Source: Octopus vulgaris
Taxonomy: Eukaryota
Assembly (NCBI GenBank): GCA_951406725.2
Contig: OX597815.1
Span: forward strand, 176,886,001 to 176,950,000
Direction of reading: 5' to 3'
DNA: 64,000 nt
In this document: one piece after another, positions 51,901 through 64,000 of the stretch
Layout: every line of letters begins with the position of its first letter
Numbering within the stretch: the first letter of the stretch is position 1
Translations under genes and position numbers: made by a program
Notes under the pieces: generated by a model
Seen by the model: the letters and a program-made list of their open reading frames with translations, nothing else
Databases searched by the model: none
What the model was told of the DNA's origin: nothing

Positions 51901-52984
51901 CTTCTGTCTCTCTCTGTCTATCCGTCTATCTGTCTCTCTCTCTATCTCTATCTCCCCCCTCTCTCTCTCTGTCTATGCAAAATTGCTTGTATGTCAGCAG
52001 ATAAAGTACATAAGGTGTGTGTCAGTGCACGCGCATGCGTGTGTGTGTGTGTGTGTGCGTGCATATGTATAAAAAAATTTTCTAGGGGAATCGTTATAAT
52101 GTTAAAGAGAGTGGTAATGCAAGTTCCCCCTATTTAAATATCAGTTTCTCCTAGTGCATTCGAGAAACAACAAAATGGGTGTATATGTGTGGTTAAGATA
52201 TTCTAATCCAACATTGCAATAAACTGTTTGAACGAAGGGCGTTCACGATTTCTTTCCTTCAAGGCAAACAGGTAAGTTTAGTTAAATCTGTTTACCCCGA
52301 AGGAAAACGACACGATAAGTGACGAGGAGAAAAAAAAAAACACGCGGTTTTACCGCCTCTGTTTTTATGCACCGATTTGTTCATTTCATGATAATAATGA
52401 ACCCCCCCCCCCTGTAAAACCAGCACCCGACAGAGAACTAGCCAGATAAACTCTAAAATGTATCTTGTTTCTCGTACCAAGTAAGTGCTTACATTCGGGT
52501 GTTTGTGTGTGTATGTGTGTGTGTGTCTTTGTGTGTGTTCATAAATATATGTTGTAGAATTATATAGTTAGGAAATGTGTAGAAAATATAATTTATATGC
52601 TATAAATACTGAAATCTACTTTGCATTTTCTAAAAATCATATCTAATAAATGTGTTTTAATATGTGTGAATGTGTATATGTGCGTGTATGTAATATACAT
52701 ACATATATCTATCTACACACACACACACATATATGTATTGTATATATGCCTGTGTACAAACACTTTGTTGGCTATGACTCAATTATTGTGGAATTACACA
52801 ATAATTCCCCGATAATTGTAGAATCACTGCAGAACTTTCATGTAAACTCCAGGTCAACAACAAGACGGCGTTCAGATAAATTATGATTTCTACATCAAAA
52901 TACCAAAAGTTATCCGATAGAGGGAGATGACATTTGTTTGTATAGTTCCGGCATGTGACATTGAATTCAATAAGAAATGATGAA

Positions 52985-53330
52985 TTGGAAGCTGATACTC
53001 ATTCGATCCGATTAGCAAACGTTTCTGTTCAGTGGCACTTCGTCGGTTACGATGATGAGTGTTCCGCTTGAACTGATCAATGGGAAAACCTGCTTGGGAA
53101 ATTAACATGCAAGGGGATGAGCCCTCCAGACACATGTGCTCTTAAAATAGTTCGCCTGGAGTTTCAGTGTCACAAAATTGGGGGTCTTTAAATTCCAGGT
53201 ACAACACATTGTCAGCTGAGTAAACTGCAGCAACGAGAAATAAAGTGTCTTACTCCAAGACACAACACCCCTCCGAGATTCGAACTCATGTCGTTACTAG
53301 ACGTGTACCTTAAACACTAAACCACACGTC
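52985..53330 (-). mobile_element. SINE C, diverged
   Basis: aaagtgtcttactccaagacacaacac...ttcgaactc...taaacactaaaccacacg is the reverse of the C head and core. Confidence 0.6.
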
Positions 53331-53599
53331 TTCGTTTTGTTACCCTTGAATTGGTATCCAGTTGCTATGTTTGCTAAGCGGTGATGATGGGGGACAAAAG
53401 GAAACGTATTTTATGATGAGGATGAAAATATAGGGAAATCTCTCACCAAGAACAACGTTTATCTGCTAAAAATTACAAAAAAGGGCAATTCTTTTGAAGG
53501 AGTCCAACCACAAGTACCCCTGAAAGGGAGTATACTTCGCATCCTTATTTACATACATACATACATAATATATATGCAGTAAAGAGTGTTTGCCAACAA

Positions 53600-53795
53600 A
53601 ACATGGCAGTTCTGGTTTAGGACGAATGTTGCTGTAATTTAACCCCAGGAAACATCGTCTCCAGCTAGCTATACGACACAATCTGTGTCCTTATATTTCC
53701 AACAAGGGAATCTAACAGCCCCACTCAGCGCAAAACAATATCTTTGTATCGCGATTTCCGGGTTATTTCCCTTCATCAGCGCAGAATAATTGTTT
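53600..53795 (-). mobile_element. Single-arm copy of the 48911 family with canonical hammerhead core
   Basis: Shares ctccagctrgctatacgacaca..tctgygtccttatattt. Minus strand 53741-53785: tctgcg-CTGATGA-aggg[aaataa]cccg-GAAA-tcgcga-TA-caaaga. Confidence 0.65.
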
Positions 53796-53814
53796 GACCA
53801 GAGGCAAAATCTTT

Positions 53815-54225
53815 ATTATGATCATTATGATCGTACATAGAAAAGGACATGACATGACAAGACAAACAAATACAAAAATGTTAAATGAGTTCGAATGAGC
53901 ATTATGTTAAAAATTTACTTACAAAATATTTTATACAACGATTAATTTTTAAAGAAAACAAAAAAAGAAATGAACAAAATTTCAAAAGGATCGAACCCGG
54001 CAGCCTATAAGGCCCAACACCCAGCTTTTCCTTTCATCAATGATTAAGCTGGGTTACTGACACCCACCTTTCTCATCACATTCTTCCATCGTTTCTCGTA
54101 TTCACTCGGTAGCAGGGTCTTCCTCTCCAACTCCATCTTGCTCTTCAGATGGTATCTGAAGTAAGACAGCAAACCGGGGCCAGAGACGAAGGACCCTGTC
54201 ACAAAACCTTCTATTAAGTCCTCCA
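53815..54225 (-). mobile_element. Tx1/L1-like LINE 3' end
   Basis: C-terminal peptide GFVTGSFVSGPGLLSYFRYHLKSKMELERKTLLPSEYEKRW*, then a T-rich 3' UTR and aataaa. Family assigned from recalled similarity only. Confidence 0.5.
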
Positions 54226-54341
54226 CACCTTGGGCGTGTCTCTTCAACTATAGTCTCAGGCTGACCAAAGCCACGTGAGTGAATTTGGTAGATGGAAACT
54301 GAAAGAAGCCCATAGTATATATACATAGGCAGACAGACGGA

Positions 54342-54378
<37 letters not shown>

Positions 54379-54690
54379 TTATAAATATATATATATATAT
54401 ATATGTATATCATTGTGTGTGTCTTTGTGCATATGTTTGTCCCCCTCCTATCCACTGCTTGACAACCGTTATCAGTTTGTTTACGTCCCATAAAAAACGT
54501 GCTGAAATCCCGCTATATACGACGGCCTTCTTTCGTATATATGTATCTGCGTGTCTTTTTATCTGGCTTTGTCTCCTCCACCACATGACAACTGGTGCTG
54601 TTTTGTTTACGTCCCTGTAACTTAAAGGTACGGCAAAAGAGGCTTATAGAATAAATACCAGGCTTTAAAAAATTACTGGGGTCGATAACT
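54226..54690 (+). mobile_element. Decayed SINE A segments
   Basis: caccttgggcgtgtctcttc...ggaaactgaaagaagccc...cttgacaaccg, plus a second partial tail at 54585-54690. Confidence 0.75.
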
Positions 54691-54823
54691 TCGTCTAATG
54701 ATTCAAACAATTAAAAATAGCGCCACAATGAATGCATGTTAATATAAGAGGTTCTCCCATACCAGGTTCACAACATTTTAAATCAATTATTTACAATAAA
54801 AATGCTTAATAAGGGTATTGAGA

Positions 54824-54859
<36 letters not shown>

Positions 54860-55202
54860 CTGAAACGTAAAATACATATTATGAGAGATATATCATAACT
54901 GGAATGTTTGAATGATAGAATTTTGTATTTGTAACTCAAGACAAGAAGCAGCAGCTTTGGTCTCCGCATTTTAAGGCATATAATATCTTACATATGTAGC
55001 CTTTGTGATCAATACTCCGCGATACGTTTAGGTTGCATGTAATTGCTTGATTGACACGAAGGAGGATTTCTGAAATTAATCCTTTTTAAATATGACCCAC
55101 TGCATAATTATTTTTATTTCTGGTGTCTAATAATTACAACAGATTTAGTTGCAAAATACACACACACACACACTCATATATATATATATATACACACACA
55201 CA

Positions 55203-55243
<41 letters not shown>

Positions 55244-55418
55244 TCCTATTCAGGCATTGCCTGAAGGCTGCGATAAGGCACCTGGCGTATTAAATAATAC
55301 TGCCCGAGATGCTTTCATCGTATAATACTAATAGTAGCGCATAAAAAAACAGATATTGTGCTTATCAAATAATATTTATCTGTCACCAAATAGAGTAACG
55401 GAACAGTACACTATAACA

Positions 55419-55476
<58 letters not shown>

Positions 55477-55734
55477 ATAAAGAGTTCGTAAAGAAAGGAA
55501 AATTATATATCGTTAAGACCGGTTTATTACAATCCTATTGTCGTTACTTTGCAATCTGACGGCTGTTTCTGCTAGAGAAGTGTCCCGGTGTCCTTTGATT
55601 TAGCATTTATGTGCATTTAATTGATTCATTTGCATTACATATGCATCGAAGATAGACACAGCCATACAACTTTGTTCAATGTTTTACAAATGAAGGTGGG
55701 TGGGTGAATCGAATGTCCATATTCCTTTACTTTG

Positions 55735-55802
55735 TGTGTATATATATATGTATATATGTATATGTATGTATATATATATATATGTATATATGTATGTATA
55801 TC

Positions 55803-55835
<33 letters not shown>

Positions 55836-55884
55836 GTATATATATATGTATGTATGTATGTATATATATATGTATGTATGTATG

Positions 55885-55946
<62 letters not shown>
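55735..55946. repeat. (TA)n/(TATG)n compound microsatellite
   Basis: Direct reading. Confidence 0.95.
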
Positions 55947-55947
<1 letters not shown>

Positions 55948-56318
55948 GCAGGAGTGGCTGTTTAGTAAGTAGCTCGCTTACTAACCTCATAGTTCCGGGT
56001 CATTCCCACTGCCTGGCATCTTGAGCAAGTGTCTTCTATAGTCTCGGGTCGACCAAAGCCTTGTTAGTAGATTTGGTAGAAGGAAACTGAAAGATGCCCG
56101 TTGTATATATGTATGTGTTTGTGTGTCTGTGTTTGTCCACCAACATCGCTTGACAACCGATGCTGGTGTGTTCACGTACCCGTAACTTAGTGGTTCGGCA
56201 AAAGAAACCGATAGAATAAGTACTAGGCTCACAAAGAATAAGTCGTGGAGTCGATTTGTTCGACTAAAGGCGGTGCTTCAGCTTGGCCGTAGTCAAAATG
56301 ACAAACAAGTAAAAGAGT
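55947..56318 (+). mobile_element. SINE A, near full length
   Basis: cgcaggagtggctgtttagtaagtagc...acaagtaaaagag. Another deleted 3' half lies at 56565-56705. Confidence 0.9.
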
Positions 56319-57496
56319 GTACGTTTGGCAGATAGTTAGTAAGGAGAGATACAAAAAAGAAAGAAGAAAGCAAAGGACCACTGATGAGGTTGCAGAAGAG
56401 TGAGGAAAGAACTCTGGCCGAAATACAATTCATATAAAATAATGGTGAAGCAACCGAACACCGAATAAATAGTGCCTGTGTTTTCATCGGATAAACTGGC
56501 AACATGGCCATCTCTAAATACAACTATATATATATGTGTGTGTGTGTGTGTGTATGTGTGTGCGTGTCCCTCCACCATCACTTGACAACCGATGCTGGTG
56601 TGTTTACTTGGCGAAGTACTAGGCTTAAAAAGAATAACTCCTGGGGTCGATGTGTTCGACTAAAGGCATGGCGGCAGTGAAATGACTGAAACAAGTAAAC
56701 GAGTAATTGAATATCCGTATGTAGATGTGTAGGTGGGTGTACTTTCGTAGACACATGTCGCCTGCACATTTTTGTCACCTAGGCAATGTACACACGGTGT
56801 ATACATAACGCAAAAAAATACAAGCACACACAGTAAGAAATATCGATATTCACTTCACCCACATGATTATAATGGTAATGCCAACGACACATGACCGAAT
56901 TTATTGGATGGGTACTCTTGGTAGTTAAGCGGATGCTATACAAATACCAAGACTAAACAAGACTCCGAATTATATCAAAACCTATCAGAAAGTGTTAAAT
57001 GCGGGATAAAAGAAGAAAAGGATTAAATTTAATTGACATTTCCCTATCAGCTTTTACGGAAGAGTGCAATGATGGTTCACAGAGTCAATATGTCACTTTA
57101 GGAGCACTGTCAGCACTGATGCATCATACGACGTGCATATCGCCAAGGTGATACAAATGTGTAGGCGACAAGTGGGATGTTGTCTACTGTCATTTAGAAC
57201 GGGATTCAAACTATGTTGGCCATGTGGAGTACACTTTTCTAGATTATTGCTATCTGTTTTGTTTTTCCCCACCCAGTTACAATTCAGAAAGCGAAACAGT
57301 CCAGTTCCACGGAAATAATGGATTCATACCCCAGATGAGGACTTACTGGGAAAAAGTTTTACTCTTTGAAAGAAGTAAATAAAAATTATGGAACTATTCA
57401 TGTAGTTTTGGAGAATATTGGAAGGGGTAGAAAAATTAGATATCAAGGGCAATGCTAAAACCCGAAGAGAGGGACTAAATGATACTCAGTCGGTTC

Positions 57497-57724
57497 GGCG
57501 AGCTGGCAGAAACGTTAGCACGCCGGGCGAAATGCGTAGCCGTATTTCGTCTGCCGTTGCGTTCTGGGTTCAAATTCCGCCGAGGTCGACTTTGCCTTTA
57601 ATCCTTTCGGGGTCGATAAATTAAGTACCAGTTACGCACTGTGGTCGATGTAATCGACTAAATCCGTTTGTCCGTCCTTGTTTGCCCCCTCTATGTTTAG
57701 CCTCTTGTGGGTAGTAAAGAAATA
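57497..57724 (+). mobile_element. SINE B with perfect 16-bp target-site duplication
   Basis: gatactcagtcggttc at 57481-57496 and 57725-57740. Confidence 0.95.
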
Positions 57725-58926
57725 GATACTCAGTCGGTTCAGGAAATAATCGAGTTTACTAGTACAGAGGCTTCACAGTTTTTTTTATTTATTTAATCAA
57801 CTCACGCAGAATGAAGAGCAAAAACATACCTGGCAGGGTTTGAAGTTTAAACGTTAAGGCTGCCATGTATATTTCGAAATTCTGTTCATGACAGGGTTTT
57901 GAAATAGGCTTATTCTTAAGGTACTTTGGTTTGAATGAAGTATTTTCCTTATTAGAGGGGAAATAAAATTTAGAGCAAGGTGTGTGATTTTTTGACGGAG
58001 TAAAGTATAGAAGAAGTAACGTTAAAATTATTGATTTTATTATCTTTCAAATTCCACATGAAGTTTGAGAAAGCGGTAAGTTTTTATTGTTTAAATGAAC
58101 GATGGGAACCGATTTACATAACGGCTTTTGAATTTGCCCTTGCACCAACGACTGATACTGCAGTTTTGTCGATTAGCAATTTAGCTATTCTTATGCGCAC
58201 ACCCGTACCCACACACGCGTACACAAAACCTACCCACACAAAACACATGCGTAGAAGCATTCGCGTATAGATGCACGAATTGGGGCAGGCATACAAGTGT
58301 GAGACTACCCTGCGGCACATAAATCTTCGATATGAAATCCCGTATGACCTATACTTTGGTTACGAAAGGAGTTTCTTTGATGGGAACAATGTCCCTGTCT
58401 GTTAATTATGTCTGTCTATATCTACCTGCATCTGTGTCTCTGATGAATGGGGTGTCAATTTGTGTCACCTTAAAAATAAAATGGCTACTTGTGATCCTTT
58501 TACATTAAAAGAAGAATAAAAAAATGATGGTTTCAACATGAGTGAATAAAGCTTTGCAGGCCCAAAATGGGAAATTTCGACCTTCGATTGGAGCTGGTAC
58601 AAAGATATTTGTAAAACCCGCTGAAATGAATAATAATTATTTGTACCGAAAACTATGTTCAATATTCTTCGTCGCTACATATAATACTGTTATTATCAAG
58701 CGGGGGTGTAAACACAAATACTGAATAAACATTAATTGAGGGGGGAAAAAGCGATGCTGAAGTGTGTGGGTGGCGGATGTAGATGTGTCCGACTGTGTGC
58801 GCGCGTGCGTGAACTTACGTGTGTTAAAAAATATAGAGTGCCGAAGAACACGATCATAGCAGCTGCGTACAAATGCTACGCTATGTACAGGTGGTAACAT
58901 GTATATATATATATCTATAAACGGAG

Positions 58927-58965
<39 letters not shown>

Positions 58966-58989
58966 CGTGCGTGCATGTGTATGTATACG

Positions 58990-59056
<67 letters not shown>

Positions 59057-59075
59057 GTACCTATCTATCTATCTA

Positions 59076-59112
<37 letters not shown>

Positions 59113-59371
59113 CTGTCTATCTATATATTATATATACATGTATTCTTTTGTATATTATACGTATGTACATATTATGCACATGCTTGAGTGCTTGTTCTTA
59201 TAAATGTGTGTGTGCGTGCGTGTGTGTTTGAGATTGCGTGAGTTTTCATTTACATATTCATAAATATTCTGTACGTGGTGAGCATTTCAAATCTGCTTCA
59301 GCCACCGACCGAACGTTCACAAGGCAGAAATCTCCAACTACTAATATCCATAGTTCCCATATCCAACAACA

Positions 59372-59419
<48 letters not shown>

Positions 59420-60596
59420 ACACAAGCAAGTGCATACACCGTACATCATACCCAAACATACACCAGCATATCCAAATATTTAAATTCTTTGCTTGTCTGT
59501 AGGAAAATTGTAAATTACATTGCTTGTTTATTTAAGAGTTATTCAGATTGTTGTTGATATTGTTTTTTTTTTCATTCTCTCCATTAAAATAGAAGATATC
59601 AACTTCACTCTGCGAATTCGTTTGAAAGATTAATCACTCATAAGAAGTGATTCAGTCAGTCCTTGTTTTTCTTCGTGTTCTTTTTTTTTTTTTTTTCGTT
59701 CTTCCGCTTTATCTTTTCTTACGTTCGGATGACTGCATGGCTAACGTAAGTGGCATTACATGTGCGGTGTATTTACCGAAAGAGCTTTCGCAATCGCATG
59801 CTGACTACGAATGCAATCTATGATCGGGACATGCGCAGTAGAAGAGAGCGAGAGATACTGAGGTTGGAGAGAGAGAGAGAGACGGAGAGAGAGAGAAAGA
59901 GTGAGAGAGAAAGAGTGAGAGAGAGAGACCAGGGGACCGAGATGGAATAAAAGAAAGCATATGAATTGAAACGAGGCAAAGGTAAGGGATAGTTATGAGA
60001 GAGAGAGAAATAGAGAAATGGAGAGAAAGTTAAATGCGATGGAGGAGGAGTCAAAGGAGGAAAAAGACCTGAAGCTTCTTCCTCCTACGTAAAATTAATT
60101 GTCGTCTGCATTCGCTTTCACAATTTTACTTTCACAGTTTTGGTCCGATTTATAGACTGCAATTAGAAATGTGATTGATGTATGACAGGGGTCATTAACA
60201 CCGACTCCGGTGAACCCACCTAAAATACATGTATATCCAAATGAAATTTATGGTAAGAAGAAATTTTCTCCTTCGGTTCTTCGCTGAATTTCTCTTGAAA
60301 TTTTGTTCATGTTTTCCTTGTAATGTCCGGTTGTTTAATCTTCCTTTCATTTTAAACTAAAACATCCACATTTCTATAACATTAACTGCTCCTTTATACT
60401 TCTTTCAATTTACAGAAATTTTTAAAAAGTTATATCTGAGTTCAAACTAATACATACACAAATCCGCGCGAGCAGCAGGTTATATATATATATATATGTA
60501 TATATACACACAGGTTTATGTATTTGTTTTGCAAAAAAAAAAATGATATATATACACACAGCATATATGCATGGATATATATACACACACACACAT

Positions 60597-60627
<31 letters not shown>

Positions 60628-60967
60628 CTATCTATATATCTGTCTATCTACATATATATATATGTATAAATAATTATATTTGTGTGTGTGTGTTTTAAAA
60701 GCATCGTGGCATATAACACTGAACTTCAAAAATAGTCTTATTACATTAAAAATCGTGATATATTTCAACATTATTGTTATATTAAAACAACATTTTTACC
60801 GACCAGTCTCTCTGTAAGCACAGATACGAGCTGGGGTTATGGATAATTCCTTATAACTATTATATGACATCTATCAATCAATGGAGTTATTTGTCAATCT
60901 CTGAATTTCTTTTACTCAAAATTTCTAAATCTCTCTTTCTCTCTATATTTCCCTTTTCTCTCTCTCT

Positions 60968-61029
60968 CCACACACACACACACACGACCACACACACACG
61001 ACCACACACACACGACCACACACACACGA

Positions 61030-61113
<84 letters not shown>
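60968..61113. repeat. (CACGACCACA..)n, (CA)n, (TA)n compound repeat
   Basis: Direct reading. Confidence 0.9.
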
Positions 61114-61117
<4 letters not shown>

Positions 61118-62065
61118 TATGTATTATACGCTCACGTGCACACAATCAAAAACATTAATAGTATACATGTATATAACTCCACATATATCAATATCAACAT
61201 GTATGTGTTTGTTTGTATACAGACTCACATACACAAATGTATACGCACACACGCACACACACACACAGAGACATAAACACACACATTGAAAAGCGTGTAT
61301 GTTTTTATGTGTCGGGAAAAATCTTGACCTGGAAATGTTTATTCTAAGTGTATGCTGAGAGTTGTAGTAAAACGGATGTTGTCGGCCCCACGCATCCTCT
61401 GCTTACCAGGGAAACGAGATCAGTTTTAGCTTCCGTCTCTTGTTTGTAAATGCATAACGTCTCACACATACACCTACAGACAGACAGACACACGCTCTCT
61501 TTCTCCTGCTGAAACACACATGCACATCCGCGTACACAGGTTCTTTCACACACTCACACACACACACACTTTATAAATAGTCATGTTTTGTTTTCTTTAC
61601 ACACACTCACATTCACACACACTCACACACACACCAAAAGTCATGCTTAACACTCACGCATACGTTTCTTTCAACAGGTGGGCATGTCTGTAAATATTAC
61701 GAATCTAATTTTAACTATTGTATATTAATGTGGGTAAAATTGGATTAAAATTTCCAGAAATATAACAAGTCATTCGTCGTTTTTACTTTTCGGTAGAGGC
61801 ATAATGAGCCGGGGTCAGAAAGGTACACTTGAATAGAGTCGTCTTCATGAAATATATTCACGTAGGCAAAGTTACACGCAGTTCACACCAATCCGGACCG
61901 GATAGTTTAAATGACTCGGCTCTTCTCACACGGACACATCTCATTAGGTAGGTACAAATGTTTGATGTCCTGTGCTGTTGGGACCTACAAACAAGTCAGA
62001 GTATTGCATACGCACGCACACAAACATACCCAAATATATGTACATACACACTCACACACAGGAAT

Positions 62066-62111
<46 letters not shown>

Positions 62112-62791
62112 GAGAATAAACACAGTGAAGGATAAACACCTTAATTGTTACTGAATGACGATAAAATTATTTCACTGAAATCTGACTTGGAGCGAAACTG
62201 CAAATTAGTATGAGGGGCTACAGTAATTTTAAGTGATATTATTAAAATTCTGAGACGGATTCCTGTCGGAATCGATCTTTGAACACAAAGTAACTAAATT
62301 CACTAAATTAATTTGTTCGTTTTTTCCTTCCCCCATCTTTCCCGTGCCTTTGTTTCTCTGATAATTTCGAAAAGGTGGCGTAAGGCCGCAAACGTCGAGG
62401 CAGCAGCATCCCCCTTGATAACTACTGCGCTTGATTTGATATCCTGCTGTCGTCGCTTTATCACTGGTTAATAACAAACAAAAAAATAATAATACATGGC
62501 AGGTTGTGATTTTATTTGTTTCAGTGATGGATTAGGTCGGCGCCTTGAAAAGGTTTTGGCCGATACGTTTTAGTCGACCCCCGATAATCCAGCTTGATGC
62601 TTTCATGGGAGTATACTTTGTTCACTTTTTGATACAACACCGGCTGGTTTTATGCCGGCAGCCCTGGGTCAAACACTTAAACATAAGCACGCACAGTTCA
62701 CACACACTCGCACTCACACACACGCGGACGCACATACATATACATACACAAATATATATATAGTGTTATATACACACGCACAAACACACAC

Positions 62792-62793
<2 letters not shown>

Positions 62794-62854
<61 letters not shown>

Positions 62855-63131
62855 CATACATATATATATATATACATATACATACATATATATATATATA
62901 CATACATATATATATATACATATACATACATATATATATATATACATATACATACATATATATATATATACATATACATACATATATATATATATACATA
63001 TACATACATATATATACATATATATATATACATATACATATATATACATATATATATATATACATATACATACATATATATATATATACATATATATACA
63101 TATATATATATACATACATATATATATATAC

Positions 63132-63224
<93 letters not shown>
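62794..63224. repeat. (TA)n-derived array with catatacatacata units, ending in (GA)n
   Basis: Direct reading. Confidence 0.95.
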
Positions 63225-63227
<3 letters not shown>

Positions 63228-64000
63228 TGTTATAGATATACAGGCGCATATACATACAAACATACACACACATATATACGTGCACTTCTGAAATGTTCTG
63301 TCTATCAAGTTCAAAACCCGAGGCTGTTATCTGAGACGATGTGCCTTGAGTTCGAACTTGTAATCCCATGATTACAATACGAACTTTGAAGATCGATTAG
63401 ATAAGTATAAATACTATACTGGCGTCGATTAAAACTGGCTAAGCACTTTGCCCTTCTAATTAATTAACTTTCAGTTAATGTGAAATATCAATTATTTAAT
63501 CCCAGAAAATTTCTAGAGGCTTTAGGACACAGCGTAACGTTGTATGTAGGACTCAGCGTATGTGTTTTGTCAATGATCGGTAGCTCACCTTTACCGATTC
63601 TTATCATTCCTATCACCACTATTCCCATTGGTCCTGTTGATTTTGTATAGCCTCACTTAAAGTGAACCTATGATTAAATCGCATGCCAACTCTGACTGTC
63701 CCGTCATCTTTTCAGATAAAATGCGTATAAAAGCACATTCTACAATAGGCTTTTTAAAAGTTCTTATGATTTTAAGGGAGATTTGGCTGTTATTTTTAAC
63801 AAGTCGATTAATGAGGTAGACTTTCTCTTTTGCGTTAACGTTTAAACTTCAATTCCTACATGGTTCGTGTTTGCTCTTCAATATGCGTGAGTTGTTAACT
63901 AAAAAATTGTGAAGACCCTGTGCTAATAAACTTGACAATTTCTTTCCTTATATTTGTAGAATTTCGCAATGTTAGAACTTATTATTATTATTATTATTAT

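Noticed and set aside
57826-57840. tacctggcaggg, matching the U1 snRNA 5' end
   Set aside because: Only 12 nt match, and the context fits a decayed minus-strand SINE B.

Overview
AT-rich, microsatellite-saturated animal genomic DNA, intronic or intergenic in character. The SINE repertoire suggests an octopus (coleoid cephalopod); this is inferred from repeat recognition, not proven. I could not support any intact protein-coding gene, and nearly all ORFs in the track are translations of (TA)n/(CA)n repeats. Contents: many copies of three tRNA-headed SINE families (called A, B and C here), a full-length but frameshifted Tc1 transposon, a rearranged mariner remnant, R4/Dong, RTE-like and Tx1-like LINE fragments, hAT-like and foldback MITEs, and 5'-truncated tRNA-Gly(GCC) and 5S rRNA copies. 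There are also weak candidate non-coding exons. The most interesting signal is a set of sequence-unrelated short elements, mostly next to (TA)n. Several carry minimal hammerhead-ribozyme-like motifs whose stem III is a different palindrome in each family. Several are built as long hairpins: (TA)n, inverted arm, arm, unique tail, (TA)n. This is consistent with non-autonomous Penelope-like or retrozyme-like elements. Coordinates were read by eye, so ends of degenerate repeats are approximate.
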